A stretch of DNA of 62,044 nucleotides, filler included, from Deltaproteobacteria bacterium (GTDB taxonomy: Bacteria > JAUYMQ01): NCBI GenBank assembly GCA_030698575.1. It is 5 parts of 5 records of this genome, joined end to end, with 100 filler letters (N's around TTAATTAATTAA, not from the genome) between each part and the next. Parts side by side here need not be neighbours in the genome. Positions count along the whole stretch, not along the records: positions 16,514 to 47,551 come from JAUYMQ010000290.1; positions 47,652 to 53,064 come from JAUYMQ010000305.1; positions 53,165 to 58,640 come from JAUYMQ010000310.1; 2 more parts are not named here. One strand, given 5' to 3'. The notes under the pieces were generated by a model. The model was not told where the DNA came from. It searched no databases and saw nothing but the letters and a program-made list of their open reading frames with translations. The stretch's first letter is position 1. Every line of letters begins with the position of its first letter. Position numbers and translations under genes: made by a program. Below are positions 44,879 to 55,963 of the stretch, one piece after another.

Positions 44879-46389
44879 GCGCCGCCTCCGGGAAGGCGGC
44901 GTCGCAGGGCGTTCCAGGGAATCCGTGTGACGAGGTCCTGCCAGAGGCCGTACCAACGCAGGAACCAGTACACCGTGGGCGCCGACAGGAGAAGATAAAT
45001 GGCGGTCTTGCAGAGGAGACGAAACCCGTCCGCGACGGGCGCGCCGCCCTCGAGCGGCAGCAGCCACTTCAGGCCGAGATAGAAGCCCAGCGAGAGCCCG
45101 AAGGGGAGGAGAATCCGCCCGAAGAGCCCGAGATAGGGGGCGATCCCGCGTCCGAAGAAGAACGAGTAGACGTAGGTTCCGTACATGGCCAGCAGGATGG
45201 CGTATGTGATCGCCGTGGCGGCTGCGACCCCTTCCAGTCCGTATCCCGCCTTGACGAAGCTCACGTTCAGCCCGAATGCGATCCCGACCGCGACGGCGTA
45301 GATGAGTACTGCAGCCATCTGCCTCCGGACGGCGAGCAGGAAGCTCGACGGCCCCCGGAGAACACCCGTGAAGAAGCTCCCCAGCACCAGGATCTCGAGC
45401 GCCGCGAAGCCCGGTTGGAAGCGCGGAAGCACGTAGAGAACCAGGTACTCGAAGCCGAAGATGGTCAGCACCAGGAGGACCGGAAAGCAGCAGGCGATGG
45501 CCATGGTCGGCAGCTGAACGAAGGGGAAGACCTCGTCGAGCGACTTGGCGCGGCTGTAGCGCTCGATGAGGCTGGGGCTCATGACCTGGGCCACGACGAC
45601 GGGCGCTTCGCCCAGCACCGTCATGAGCGTCAGAGCGATGGTGTAGAAACCCATGTCGCTCGGGCTCAGGTATTTCACGATCACGATGCGATCGACCGTG
45701 GCGAAGACCGTGTACACCAGCCCGATCAGATAGATCGGGAACCCGATCCGCATCAGCTCGACCAGCGGTCGCCTGGGCAGGCTGAGCCGCGGTCGTATCC
45801 GCAACCTGAAGGACAGATAGGCGACGATGACCAGCAAGTTCAGGACGAAGGCGGCGTAGAGGCCGTAAATACCGTACAGGACCACCAGGAGGATGGTGAT
45901 CGGAACATTGAAGGCGGCGTAGGCTACCTCGATCTTGCTCCGGAGGACGAAGCGCTTTTCCGCGCGGAGCACGATCCCGTAGAAAAAGTAGAGCTGCTGC
46001 AGTGTCATCCCCGCCGCAACCACGAACAGCCCATAGTAATAGAGCGGCTCGAGGTGCGCACGGTGCACCAGTGCGTAGGCGAGGATCGCGAATGAGGCCA
46101 AAAGCGACGCGTAGAGATTGAAGCTGAAGGCCAGCTCCTTGGTCGAGCGGGCCCGCGCCTCTTCGCCGCGCTGGGTGTAGTAGGGGATCTCGCGGCCCAC
46201 CGCTTCGGCCGACCCGAGGGGCGCCAGATTGGAGTAGCTGAGGAGAATGCCGAGCGAGCCCCAGACTCCGTAGTCCGCGGGGCCGAGGAACCGGGCGGTC
46301 ACGATGCCGCGGATCATGTAGAAGACGCGGGTCAGGTAGATGCTGGACCCGACTGCGCCCATGTCTTTGAGAAATCGGCTGCGCGTCAC
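44875..46389 (-). CDS. Wzx-type oligosaccharide flippase
   Basis: ARFLGPADYG, DRIVI..L...MGFY, many TMs; GTGA overlap start. Confidence 0.88.
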   Translation of the reverse strand: MTRSRFLKDMGAVGSSIYLTRVFYMIRGIVTARFLGPADYGVWGSLGILLSYSNLAPLGSAEAVGREIPYYTQRGEEARARSTKELAFSFNLYASLLASFAILAYALVHRAHLEPLYYYGLFVVAAGMTLQQLYFFYGIVLRAEKRFVLRSKIEVAYAAFNVPITILLVVLYGIYGLYAAFVLNLLVIVAYLSFRLRIRPRLSLPRRPLVELMRIGFPIYLIGLVYTVFATVDRIVIVKYLSPSDMGFYTIALTLMTVLGEAPVVVAQVMSPSLIERYSRAKSLDEVFPFVQLPTMAIACCFPVLLVLTIFGFEYLVLYVLPRFQPGFAALEILVLGSFFTGVLRGPSSFLLAVRRQMAAVLIYAVAVGIAFGLNVSFVKAGYGLEGVAAATAITYAILLAMYGTYVYSFFFGRGIAPYLGLFGRILLPFGLSLGFYLGLKWLLPLEGGAPVADGFRLLCKTAIYLLLSAPTVYWFLRWYGLWQDLVTRIPWNALRRRLPGGGA

Positions 46390-47551
46390 GTCTCGAGCAG
46401 TCCCATGTCGGCCTGGAGACCTCTCGCTATTCTCCGCGCGTCGCGCCCCGCGGCCGCCGTGCGCGCGCCCTCCACCAGCGATCGCCGGAGGGCTTCGTCG
46501 GAAAACAACCTTTGGAGGGCCGCACGGATTGACGACGGGTCGAGCGAGTCGACCACCTCGGCCCACCCGTGCCGGCGCGCGTCGGCCACCGTGTAACACC
46601 CGGCCGGCGCCTGCAGCAGTATAGGCGTGCCACTCACCATGTACTCAACCGCCTTGGTCGGAAAAACCGTGCGCACTTCGTCCTTCCAGGGCGTCTCGAA
46701 GGCCAGCGGAATGTAGAGCAGATCGACCTCCCGCTGGAGCTTCATGGCCGTCTGCGTGTCGACGAAGCCCGTCTCGACCCGCTCACCGGGGACAATTCCC
46801 ATAGCCGCGAGCCCCTGTGGGGTATTGGGCGCGAACACGAGCAGCTTCACTTCCCGGCCATCCGGAAGCCGCCCCATCCCCTTCACGGCCTCGATCATAC
46901 TTACCAGCGCGTCGCGGTTCATCTTGTATACGCCGCCCGTGAACAGGATGCGTAGCGGCATGCCGGGCCCCCGCTCGCCCCCGCGCTCGGCCGGGGGGGC
47001 CTCGTCATCGGGACTGACCGCATGCGGGAGCAGCGCGGGCCGGAAGCCGTGCTTCGCCTCATAGTGATCGGCGGCCGCCTCGGTGGGCACGTAGACGCGC
47101 GCCGCGTCCCTGAAGATGCGCCTTTCCAGAAGGTGTGCCGCAACCTCGTCCGCGCGCGAGTCGGTTGTCTCCTCCCAGAGTGAGTTCATATAGACGTAGA
47201 GGGGCAGACGCGCGAGACGGCTCGCCATCCAGGCCGCCAGGAGAAAGTAACCGAAGGGGTAATTCCCGAAGATGGCCTTCACATGATCGCGGCGGGCGAT
47301 GCGGAAGGCCCGCCAGGCGACCCAGGGGGCCCACAGATACTCCAGCCAGGCGGGCAGGCCGATGCGGAACGCGCGGCGCCTGAGGAAGTTCGGCATGTCG
47401 GCGACCTCGACGTGCCGGAGCGGCGCGTCCTGGGCCGCCCTGTAGGCCCGGTTGGCGCCCCGGAGGAAGACGAGGGCGTCCTGCGGAAAGGGGGAGAAGA
47501 GGTTCCGCATCATCTTCGCCGTACCGCCGACCATCGGCGGCAGCGTGGAGG
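46386..47551 (-). CDS. GT4-like glycosyltransferase, 5'-partial
   Basis: PPMVGG N-terminus, ILFTGGVY, FPTKAVEYM.SG.PIL. Confidence 0.8.
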
Positions 47552-47651
47552 NNNNNNNNNNNNNNNNNNNNNNNNNNNNNNNNNNNNNNNNNNNNTTAAT
47601 TAATTAANNNNNNNNNNNNNNNNNNNNNNNNNNNNNNNNNNNNNNNNNNNN
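47552..47651. other. Artificial contig linker
   Basis: N-run + TTAATTAATTAA + N-run. Confidence 0.98.
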
Positions 47652-47805
47652 TATGACGACGGCATTCCCTCCACACTTGCTTGTATGGCCGTTGCCGGGA
47701 GGGGTCATTGCGAAGAGTTCCCTCGTGTTCTCGGGGTGGCCGTCATCCCTGTCTCCATGCCGACTCGCACGCCGCGACGTCAATGAATAGGGTCGGTCCC
47801 CTGTT

Positions 47806-48576
47806 TTACGACGCGGTCCATCCGCCATCGGGCACGATGGCCTGGCCGGTCATGAAACTTGCCTCGTCGGAGAGCATCCAGAGCACGGCGCTGGTGACTT
47901 CCTCGGTCTCCGCCACCCTGCCCATCGGGACCCTGGGCAGGATTGACCGCTCGAAGTCTTTCGGATTCGAATCCTGGAAGGAATCCACCATCTCGGAATG
48001 GGTGAATCCGGGGCACACGGCATTCACACGAATGCCCCGACGGGCATAATCCATCGCAGCGGTCTTGGTGAGGCCCATCACCGCATGCTTGCTGGCGATG
48101 TAGTCGGCCGCGCCAATGTGCGAACCGCGGAGGCCGTAGATCGACGCGTTGTTGACGATGGCGCCGCCCCCCGCCTTTAGCATTTCGGGGATCTCGTGCT
48201 TCATACTGAGCCAGACCCCTGTCACGTTGACGGTCATGATGCGGTCCCAGTCCGCTTCGGCGATATCCGCGGTATCCGTGTACCCCGAGCCGACGATCCC
48301 GGCGTTGTTGAAGGCGTAGTCGAGACGCCCGTAGGTCTCGACGGTTTCTGCCACCATCCGGGCGATGTCCTCCCGCCGGGCCACGTCCGTCTGCACGAAC
48401 AGCGCGTCGCCGCCAGCCGCCTTGATCTCCTCGACGAGCGCCTTGCCCCGGTCGATGCGACGGGCAGCGAGAACGACCCGTGCCCCCTCCGCCGCCATTT
48501 GCTGCGCCGCGACCATGCCGATGCCCGACGTGGCCCCCGTGATGATCGCCACCTTCCCTTCAAATCTGCGCCTCAT
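47806..48576 (-). CDS. Short-chain dehydrogenase/reductase
   Basis: TGATSGIG, NNAG, YIASK, VNAVCPG, DGG; GGAGG RBS before ATG 48576. Confidence 0.93.
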   Translation of the reverse strand: MRRRFEGKVAIITGATSGIGMVAAQQMAAEGARVVLAARRIDRGKALVEEIKAAGGDALFVQTDVARREDIARMVAETVETYGRLDYAFNNAGIVGSGYTDTADIAEADWDRIMTVNVTGVWLSMKHEIPEMLKAGGGAIVNNASIYGLRGSHIGAADYIASKHAVMGLTKTAAMDYARRGIRVNAVCPGFTHSEMVDSFQDSNPKDFERSILPRVPMGRVAETEEVTSAVLWMLSDEASFMTGQAIVPDGGWTAS

Positions 48577-48730
48577 GTGAGAACCTCCGAAGTGGTGTGC
48601 CGCGAACCGGTTGGGTCGCCCCGCGGACGCCACTGTATCACCCGCCCCCATCCCTTTGCAGGGTGGGGCGTGGCATGAAGAGCCTCGCAGAGTGATGAAC
48701 AATTCGCCATGCACAGGTAGGGAGGGCGGG

Positions 48731-49933
48731 TCAGTACAGCAGGTGGGGTTTACGCGATTCGAGCCATTGCGCTTCGTCCTTTAGCAGGCGTTCTTCGAGA
48801 TCCCCCGGCTCCGCCCGGGAATTATCGACCCAGTTTCGGAGGAAAGTCCCGCCGCTCAAGAGATCGATCGCGAGCCGTTCCGTTTCGTACTCGTAGTGAA
48901 ACTCCCGCCAGAGCTTGTATTCCGGATACAGGAGCCTGATGCTCTTCAGTATGAGCGCGGCCAGCCGGTAGGGCCGGAAATCTTCATGCCGGTACGTGGC
49001 GTTGTCGGTATGAATCTGAATCCCCGAGCACATCCCGCCGACGTGCTTGTGAAAGGTGGGCTCGAAAAAGCACCGCCGGAGGACGCACCCGGCCAGCCAC
49101 CGCGGCGCCAGGGCGCGCATCCGATCCAGGATCGCGTCAAAGTCGATGTCCGGCGCGCCGACGATTTCCAGGGCCGTCGTGGTGCCCCGGCCTTCCGAGA
49201 GTGTGGTCCCTTCGAAAAGCACGGTTCCGGGAAAGCAGCGCGCCATGTTGAGGCTGGAGGCGTTGGGACTGGGGTTGACCCAGGCCAGCTCGAGGACGGG
49301 CCAGCCGAACCCGGGCGGCGCTTCCGGGTTGTAACCGCTCATCGGCACGACGTTCAGATCCACATCAAGCCGCTTGAGGGCAGCGTACCAGAGGGCGAGC
49401 TCTCCGAAGGTGAGGCCATGCCGCATCGGAAGCGGCGCCGCGCCGACGAGGCTCTCCCAGCCGGCTTCCAGAATGCTGCCTTCGACCGGCCGTCCGATCG
49501 GGTTGGGGCGATCGAGGATCCAGACGCCCTTACCATTCTCGGCGCACGCTTCGAGCATATAGGTGAGCGTCGCTACGTAGGTATATATGCGGGTTCCGAT
49601 GTCCTGGAGATCAACCAGAAGAACGTCGAAGGTGTCCATCATCTCGCTGGTTGGTCGCCTGGCTTTCCCGTACAGGCTGAAGACGGGAATACCATGGTGC
49701 GGATCGACGTAATCGTCCGACTCAATCATGTTGTCCTGCTTATCGCCACGCATGCCGTGCTGGGGACCGAAAGCGGAAACCACGCGGAGATTGGGACAGC
49801 CGATCAACGCATCGAGGGTGTGCCGGCATTCACGTGTCACGGAAGCGGGGTGCCCGAGCAACGCCAGGCGGCGGCCTTCGAGCGGCTTTCGCTGGGATGA
49901 ATTGCCCAGCAGTTCGTCGATTCCCAGTTTCAT
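48731..49933 (-). CDS. namZ: Exo-beta-N-acetylmuramidase NamZ (DUF1343)
   Basis: FGPQHG, SLYG, DLQDIGTRIYTY, LDRPNP, RHGLTFGELA, PSPN, SEGRGT. Confidence 0.9.
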   Translation of the reverse strand: MKLGIDELLGNSSQRKPLEGRRLALLGHPASVTRECRHTLDALIGCPNLRVVSAFGPQHGMRGDKQDNMIESDDYVDPHHGIPVFSLYGKARRPTSEMMDTFDVLLVDLQDIGTRIYTYVATLTYMLEACAENGKGVWILDRPNPIGRPVEGSILEAGWESLVGAAPLPMRHGLTFGELALWYAALKRLDVDLNVVPMSGYNPEAPPGFGWPVLELAWVNPSPNASSLNMARCFPGTVLFEGTTLSEGRGTTTALEIVGAPDIDFDAILDRMRALAPRWLAGCVLRRCFFEPTFHKHVGGMCSGIQIHTDNATYRHEDFRPYRLAALILKSIRLLYPEYKLWREFHYEYETERLAIDLLSGGTFLRNWVDNSRAEPGDLEERLLKDEAQWLESRKPHLLY

Positions 49934-50255
49934 GGAATTCTCATTGTGCGGATCCAAGACGGAAAGAGCGAAACTTACCTGGGTCAACCCTCGTCCGCTA
50001 GATGACCCGGCGGGCATTCTCCACTCTGGAGCGGTGTGAACGCAAGCATCGACCGGGGACCGCATGGACTCGTTGCCACTAGTGCGATGCGAGACATGGC
50101 GCCATCGAGGCAATCACCCTCTTGCCTGGCACCCGCGGGTCCGCCGTACCCATGTTCCGTGACGGGGGCACCTGTCGGGGGGTTGTTTCGTCGCGGGCAC
50201 TCCTCGGATTGAGGGAACATGTTCTTACTCCTTTCGGCCACAATGCCAGCCCCTG

Positions 50256-50301
50256 TTTCCCGAGCCGGGGGTCGCGGGTTCGAATCACGCCGAGGGCACC
50301 A
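50256..50301 (+). pseudogene. 3' half of a tRNA (Arg-like), probable att-site remnant
   Basis: ttcccga-gccgg-gggtc-GCGGG TTCGAAT CACGC-CGAGGGC-A-CCA; no D-arm or 5' acceptor strand upstream. Confidence 0.7.
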
Positions 50302-50600
50302 TTTTCACCTTTCTGGCAGACTCAGCGGAATAGTCCACCGCCACTTTGCTGTCTCTCTTGATCCACCCGATCTCTCTGGCGTGGGGAGTGTCGGTGGATG
50401 GAGCCGATAACGTAGGGAAGGCAACTTCGAGGGCGAGAGCCTTGCATATCTGTGTTGCGCCGGTATCGTGGTGTTCTACGGGCTCGCCAACCCGGTGCGC
50501 ACACCGCTGATGGGGCCGGTGCGGCGGCCCTGAAGCCGAGCTTGGAGTATTTCCAAGCCGCAACGAGTCGAACAAGTCAAGCCTGACCCCACTCTGGAGG

Positions 50601-52052
50601 GTGACCTTGAAGAACCATAGTCTCGACTTCCGGTGCATCGTTGCCCTTGCCGCGGTCGTCTTTTTTCTCGCGATGCCGATACGCTCCTCCGCTGCAGCGG
50701 ACGGCGTGTCCAAGGCGCCAGAGGCCGAGGCGGTCGCGGGGCTTCTCAAGCCGCGCAGCCTCACGCGGGAGCCCGATCCCGTTGTCATCCAGGGCAAGGA
50801 GATCCCGAATGCCCGGGGACTGGCCATCGATGGTTTCCGCGTCTACGCGCACCGCGACGGCGTCACAGTCCCCATCCCCTTCGATTTCAACGAACGGGAC
50901 GAGGACGGCGATTACGTCCTGACGCAGGGGCAGAAGCCGACGAAGGGGACGGGCCTGGTCGCTGACGCGTCCGAGCTGGCTTACATGGCGCATGACACGG
51001 GCGACCGGGTAAGCGCTTCGTCTCTGCCCGGCGGGTGGACGAAGGCGTTCGAGATCGAGACGGCGGACCCGCTCAATGACCGGAAGGGGTGGGCTTACCT
51101 GCTTCATTTTGGGAAGGATGCGCCGCCCAGGTCGTCCGATGACTATGTCAGCATCACGGAGGTGGACGAGCCGGATCCCTTCACCGGGAAGCCCTACGTG
51201 GTCATCCAGGGGAAGTATTTCTACGGACGGAACATAAAGAACAGCCCGATCTTCTATCACCTGCGCGGCACGAAGGAAGGGGGTTACGAGGAAAAGAGCT
51301 TCTCCGATCACTTCTCGACGAGAAGCCGGATGAAGATCATGGGCTTCGTGCCGTTCAGCGTGGATGAGACCAGCATCTGGAGCGAGACGCCGGCCTACTA
51401 CGACGGCTCCGTCCGATTCATCCGAAGGATCAATCTGAAGATCCTTGTGGGGAAAGTGAAGATTCCGACCGGTATCGTTATCGATATCACCGGTTACGAT
51501 CTGCTTGCGAACGTTCCGATCAAGATCAAGATCCCCTCCGTGGTGAAGGCGATCTCGCGCGATGCATGGGCCTCCTACGGCCTGGATCTCAACTCGGAGG
51601 CCGCGGGGGAATATACCTTCTACTCGAACACGCACCCCGAGGGGATCCCGATCACCGGCAAGAACGATCCCGAGGGAAAGAGTTTCGGCTTCGACAAGAA
51701 GGAGCTCGTGTCCTCGAAGGACTACTGGTCGATCATCACCGGTCCCTACGGCACCTTCATGAGGCGGCATACGACGCCTGCCGAGATCGAGGAGGGCGGC
51801 GTGCGTCAGTACTCCACCTTTGTGGATGATCTCGACGAGGAGTACGCGCCGGAGTACGAGAAGGGGCAGGTAGGGAATCACCTCACCTGGCTCGAAGTGC
51901 AAAACGCCCCCTACGGTTTGATCAACATGAACTCCTATGTGTACTATCCGCCTCACTTCAAATATCCAGACGACGTCCAGACGTACCTGAACGTCCTGGA
52001 TAACCCGATCACTTCCAGCGTAACCGAGGTGGGGCGATCCGGAATGCGCTAG
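50601..52052 (+). CDS. Secreted hypothetical protein (483 aa)
   Basis: GGAGG upstream, signal peptide, coding-like codon use; L.R..DPVVI.G...PIPF...E N-terminal motif. Confidence 0.75.
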   Translation: MTLKNHSLDFRCIVALAAVVFFLAMPIRSSAAADGVSKAPEAEAVAGLLKPRSLTREPDPVVIQGKEIPNARGLAIDGFRVYAHRDGVTVPIPFDFNERDEDGDYVLTQGQKPTKGTGLVADASELAYMAHDTGDRVSASSLPGGWTKAFEIETADPLNDRKGWAYLLHFGKDAPPRSSDDYVSITEVDEPDPFTGKPYVVIQGKYFYGRNIKNSPIFYHLRGTKEGGYEEKSFSDHFSTRSRMKIMGFVPFSVDETSIWSETPAYYDGSVRFIRRINLKILVGKVKIPTGIVIDITGYDLLANVPIKIKIPSVVKAISRDAWASYGLDLNSEAAGEYTFYSNTHPEGIPITGKNDPEGKSFGFDKKELVSSKDYWSIITGPYGTFMRRHTTPAEIEEGGVRQYSTFVDDLDEEYAPEYEKGQVGNHLTWLEVQNAPYGLINMNSYVYYPPHFKYPDDVQTYLNVLDNPITSSVTEVGRSGMR

Positions 52053-52140
52053 AGGGGCGCTGAGCCCCGGACCGACATAAAGTCCGGAACAACGCAGGGG
52101 AGCAGGTCACCGTGGCGCTTCTCGGAGCGAGACGGGCGCG

Positions 52141-52174
52141 AAAAAAACGGGGCCACCCAGAGGGTGGCCCCGTT
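52141..52174. terminator. Intrinsic terminator (U-tract on the minus strand, after the cold-shock gene)
   Basis: AAAAAAACGGGGCCACCC-aga-GGGTGGCCCCGTT. Confidence 0.85.
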
Positions 52175-52202
52175 CGCGGTTCAGATTAACGCGAGGTGCG
52201 CG

Positions 52203-52412
52203 TCAGGCGACCTTCGTCACGTTCTCCGCGGCCGGGCCCTTCTTGCCCTCTACCACGTCGAACTCCACCTTCTCGCCCTCAGTGAGGGACTTGAAGCCCT
52301 CGCCCTGAATGGCGCTGTGATGGACGAACAGGTCCTTGCTTCCGTCCTCCGGCGTGATGAAGCCGAAGCCCTTGCTGTCGTTGAACCACTTGACCGTTCC
52401 TGTGGAACGCAT
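52203..52412 (-). CDS. cspA: Cold-shock protein (CspA family)
   Basis: [38 protein letters not shown]. Confidence 0.95.
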   Translation of the reverse strand: MRSTGTVKWFNDSKGFGFITPEDGSKDLFVHHSAIQGEGFKSLTEGEKVEFDVVEGKKGPAAENVTKVA

Positions 52413-52653
52413 GCCAAGCTCCTTTGTATGATGTGGTCGGAGTCCGGCAGTGCCGTCCCACCCGACTACAATCTGCTTGTTGTAATGCCCTTGCGGGCGA
52501 ACTTGGCGCGCCTTGTGCGCGCCGCAACGGGGCCACTCCTGCCATCTTGCCGCGCCGGAAATACAAAAAGGGACCTGCGTCAGAGCCAGGTCCCTCGTAA
52601 CATTCACCGGTTTCGGCAGTACGTCTTGGAGAACACGCCCATCGCTGCGGGGG

Positions 52654-52682
52654 GTTATACGGGACGGGCGTTCCCTTGTCAA
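52654..52682 (-). promoter_or_regulatory. Sigma70 promoter of the cold-shock gene
   Basis: TTGACA-17 nt-TATAAC on the minus strand. Confidence 0.7.
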
Positions 52683-52810
52683 TGGATTTTTTCGGAACGC
52701 TGATGAGTGTGGGCTGAATCCGATCCCGCCCGATCGGGCCGGAATTCCAGGCAGACTGGAATCGCTTCCATCAATTCCGCAGAAACACCCAAGGCCAATC
52801 CGGCCACACC

Positions 52811-53062
52811 TCAGCTCGCCCCAAACTCCTTCCGGCAGCCCGCCTGGCAGTTCTCCTGCCGCTCGCGGCAGCGGCGGGCGCAGAGGCTGTCCTCATCATC
52901 GATCTCCGCACAGGCCTCCTGAAAGCAGCCCCGGTGTCGCTCTGCGCAGATCTCGTTGCAGCCTTCCAGCGAGGCAGGAGAATCACTTGCGCAAGCGGGC
53001 GCAAGCCAGACCAGGACAATAAGCAGGGAGGGAGGCAGAAGCCGGCCCAGGCGGTGTACTGA
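52811..53062 (-). CDS. Small Cys-rich putative lipoprotein, 5'-partial (absent from the ORF track)
   Basis: Manual translation ..[71 protein letters not shown]. Confidence 0.6.
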   Translation of the reverse strand, partial: SVHRLGRLLPPSLLIVLVWLAPACASDSPASLEGCNEICAERHRGCFQEACAEIDDEDSLCARRCRERQENCQAGCRKEFGAS

Positions 53063-53064
53063 CG

Positions 53065-53164
53065 NNNNNNNNNNNNNNNNNNNNNNNNNNNNNNNNNNNN
53101 NNNNNNNNTTAATTAATTAANNNNNNNNNNNNNNNNNNNNNNNNNNNNNNNNNNNNNNNNNNNN
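53065..53164. other. Artificial contig linker
   Basis: N-run + TTAATTAATTAA + N-run. Confidence 0.98.
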
Positions 53165-53570
<406 letters not shown>

Positions 53571-53651
53571 TTAATACTGGAGGGAAGAGGCCGAAACCTC
53601 TCCCTTTGGTTCTATTGCTCCAGAGCCCGAACCATCAAAAGCGTACTATTT

Positions 53652-53715
53652 AGTTTTCAAAGACCTGGTCCCATCGTGGACCGTACTTTATAGCCCCACG
53701 CGTCATGGGTGTCAA
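53652..53715 (-). promoter_or_regulatory. rRNA promoter and boxA-like leader element
   Basis: TTGACA-17 nt-TATAAA (53715-53687); GTCTTTGAAAACT (53664-53652). Confidence 0.75.
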
Positions 53716-53935
53716 GGCATTTCACCCGATTTATCCGCATGGGGACTGAAAAAATAGCAGGCTGGAGAGGCGGGGAAGAACGCGGTGCAAGAATGCTCGG
53801 ATTTCATGGGTCGGTCGGAGCCTGACACCGCCCCGTGACGGCCAGGGGCGCCTGGCACGAACGCTTGGCGGCCGGGACCCCGGGCCGGGCTCGAAGTCCC
53901 GGGAAGGGCTTTTCCGTCGCTTTAATTACTTGAAA

Positions 53936-55177
53936 TTATTCGGTTTTATTGAATATCACACGTTTGAAGTGTCGTTTTCCCACCTGCAGCGTGAGGGTGT
54001 CGCGCGCCGGGACCTCCGCCTCCGGGTCGGTGATGCGTTCACCGTTCACCCGAACACCCCCCTGGGCGATGAGCCGGCGGGCCTCCCCCCTCGAAGCTGC
54101 GAGCCCCGTTGCCTGCAGAAGGCCGGGCAGCCAGACCATGCCGTCCTCGGGCAGTGGATGGGCCACCTCCTCGATGTCCGAGGGAACCTCCCGCTGGCGA
54201 TGGACCCGGATGAAGTGCGCGCGCCCCGCCTCGGCGCCCTCGGTCCCATGGAATCGGGCTGCGATCTCGGCCGCCAAATCTTCCTTGGCCGCCATCGGAT
54301 GGACCTTTCCCGCGGCAAGGCCGCCCCGCAGTTCCTCGATTTCGGCGGCGGTCCGATCAGACAGCAGCTCGTAGTAGCGCATCATGAGGTCGTCCGAGAT
54401 CGACATGAGCTTGCCGAACATCTCCTCCGGAGATTCGGTGATGCCGACATAGTTGCCCAGGGTCTTGCTCATCTTGTCCTTGCCGTCCAGCCCCTCGAGC
54501 AACGGCATCGTTAGAACGACCTGGGGCTCCTGCCCCCGCGCGCGCTGGATCTCGCGTCCCACCAGGAGGTTGAATTTCTGATCCGTCCCGCCCAGCTCGA
54601 CGTCCGCCCTTAGCGCCACCGAGTCGTAACCCTGGATGAGCGGGTAGAGGAATTCGTGAATGTGGATGGGCAGGCCCGCGCGGTAGCGCTTGCTGAAATC
54701 ATCGCGTTCGAGCATGCGCGCGACGGTGGAGCTCGCGGCGAGCCCAATCATCTCGGCCGAGGTCATCGCTCCCATCCAGGTGCTGTTGAAGGCGATTTCG
54801 GTGCGTTCCCGGTCGAGGATCTTGAAGATCTGGGTCTCGTAGGTGCGCGCGTTGTCAGCGATCTCCTCGGGCGTAACGGGCCTCCGCACTTCCGAACGGC
54901 CCGTGGGGTCGCCGATAAGCGCCGTGAAATCCCCGACGAGGAAAATCACCTGATGCCCGGCTTCCTGAAACTGCCTGAGCTTCTGGATAAGCACGGTATG
55001 GCCGAGGTGGAGATCGGGGGCTGTCGGATCGAAGCCGGCCTTGACGCGGAGGGGGCGTTCTTCCCGAAGGGAGCGCTGAAGGCGCTGGCGCAGTTCCCCC
55101 TCGTCGATAATCTCGACTGCGCCCCGTCGTATCTCCCGGAGCTGCTGTTCGAGATCGGGTGTTCCCACAGTGTTCAC
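53936..55177 (-). CDS. tyrS: Tyrosine--tRNA ligase
   Basis: [34 protein letters not shown]-terminal S4 domain. Confidence 0.97.
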   Translation of the reverse strand: MNTVGTPDLEQQLREIRRGAVEIIDEGELRQRLQRSLREERPLRVKAGFDPTAPDLHLGHTVLIQKLRQFQEAGHQVIFLVGDFTALIGDPTGRSEVRRPVTPEEIADNARTYETQIFKILDRERTEIAFNSTWMGAMTSAEMIGLAASSTVARMLERDDFSKRYRAGLPIHIHEFLYPLIQGYDSVALRADVELGGTDQKFNLLVGREIQRARGQEPQVVLTMPLLEGLDGKDKMSKTLGNYVGITESPEEMFGKLMSISDDLMMRYYELLSDRTAAEIEELRGGLAAGKVHPMAAKEDLAAEIAARFHGTEGAEAGRAHFIRVHRQREVPSDIEEVAHPLPEDGMVWLPGLLQATGLAASRGEARRLIAQGGVRVNGERITDPEAEVPARDTLTLQVGKRHFKRVIFNKTE

Positions 55178-55956
55178 TCCAGCGGCTCGTCCACGCGCCG
55201 CACGCTGATTGCCCTGCCCGTCTCGGGATCAACCTCCAGGATTGCTCCCTGCAGCCGCACGTCCCCGGTCGCGGGCTCGAAACGCCGCGGCATGCTCGTG
55301 ACGAAGCGCTCGATCACGATCTCCTTCCGCATGCCGATGACCGAGTCGTGCGGACCGGTCATGCCTGCGTCGGTCAGATAGGCCGTCCCCTTCGGCAGGA
55401 TTTTCTCGTCCGATGTCTGGACATGCGTGTGAGTCCCGATGACCAGGCTCACCTGGCCGTCGAGGTACCAGCCCATCGCCTTTTTCTCGCTGGTGGCCTC
55501 GGCGTGCAAGTCGACCAGGATCACCCTGGTTTCCTGCCGAATCGCCTCGATCTCCTCGCGAACCGTCTGGAAGGGGCAGCTCTTGGGCCGCATGAAGACG
55601 TTTCCCTCGATGTTGATCACGCCGACCTTCACGCCGTCGGCCGTCTTCGCCACCACACTCCCCCGCCCGGGGTTGCCCGGGGGATAGTTCGCGGGCCTGA
55701 GCAGCCGGGGCTCGAACCCAATCACGTCGATCACCTGTTTCTTGTCCCACACGTGATTTCCAGAGGTCATGACGTGGACGCCGGCGTCAAGCAGCTCATC
55801 AACCGTGTCCGGCGTAACCCCCGCGCCGCCGGCCGCGTTCTCGACGTTCGCGACAACCAGCGCGATTCCTTCGTTCGCGACGAGCCTCGGCGCAATCACC
55901 TTCACGGCGTTACGCCCGGGCTGGCCGAACACATCCCCGATAAACAGGATCTTCAT
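55174..55956 (-). CDS. ymdB: YmdB-family metallophosphoesterase
   Basis: [42 protein letters not shown]. Confidence 0.93.
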   Translation of the reverse strand: MKILFIGDVFGQPGRNAVKVIAPRLVANEGIALVVANVENAAGGAGVTPDTVDELLDAGVHVMTSGNHVWDKKQVIDVIGFEPRLLRPANYPPGNPGRGSVVAKTADGVKVGVINIEGNVFMRPKSCPFQTVREEIEAIRQETRVILVDLHAEATSEKKAMGWYLDGQVSLVIGTHTHVQTSDEKILPKGTAYLTDAGMTGPHDSVIGMRKEIVIERFVTSMPRRFEPATGDVRLQGAILEVDPETGRAISVRRVDEPLE

Positions 55957-55963
55957 GATCGCC

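Noticed and set aside
47700-47715. GTCATTGCGA as another copy of the REP-like arm
   Set aside because: Only a 10-nt match, with no GCAATC inner motif and no inverted partner.
50256-50301. Functional tRNA gene
   Set aside because: Lacks the 5' acceptor strand and D-arm; reported as a fragment instead.
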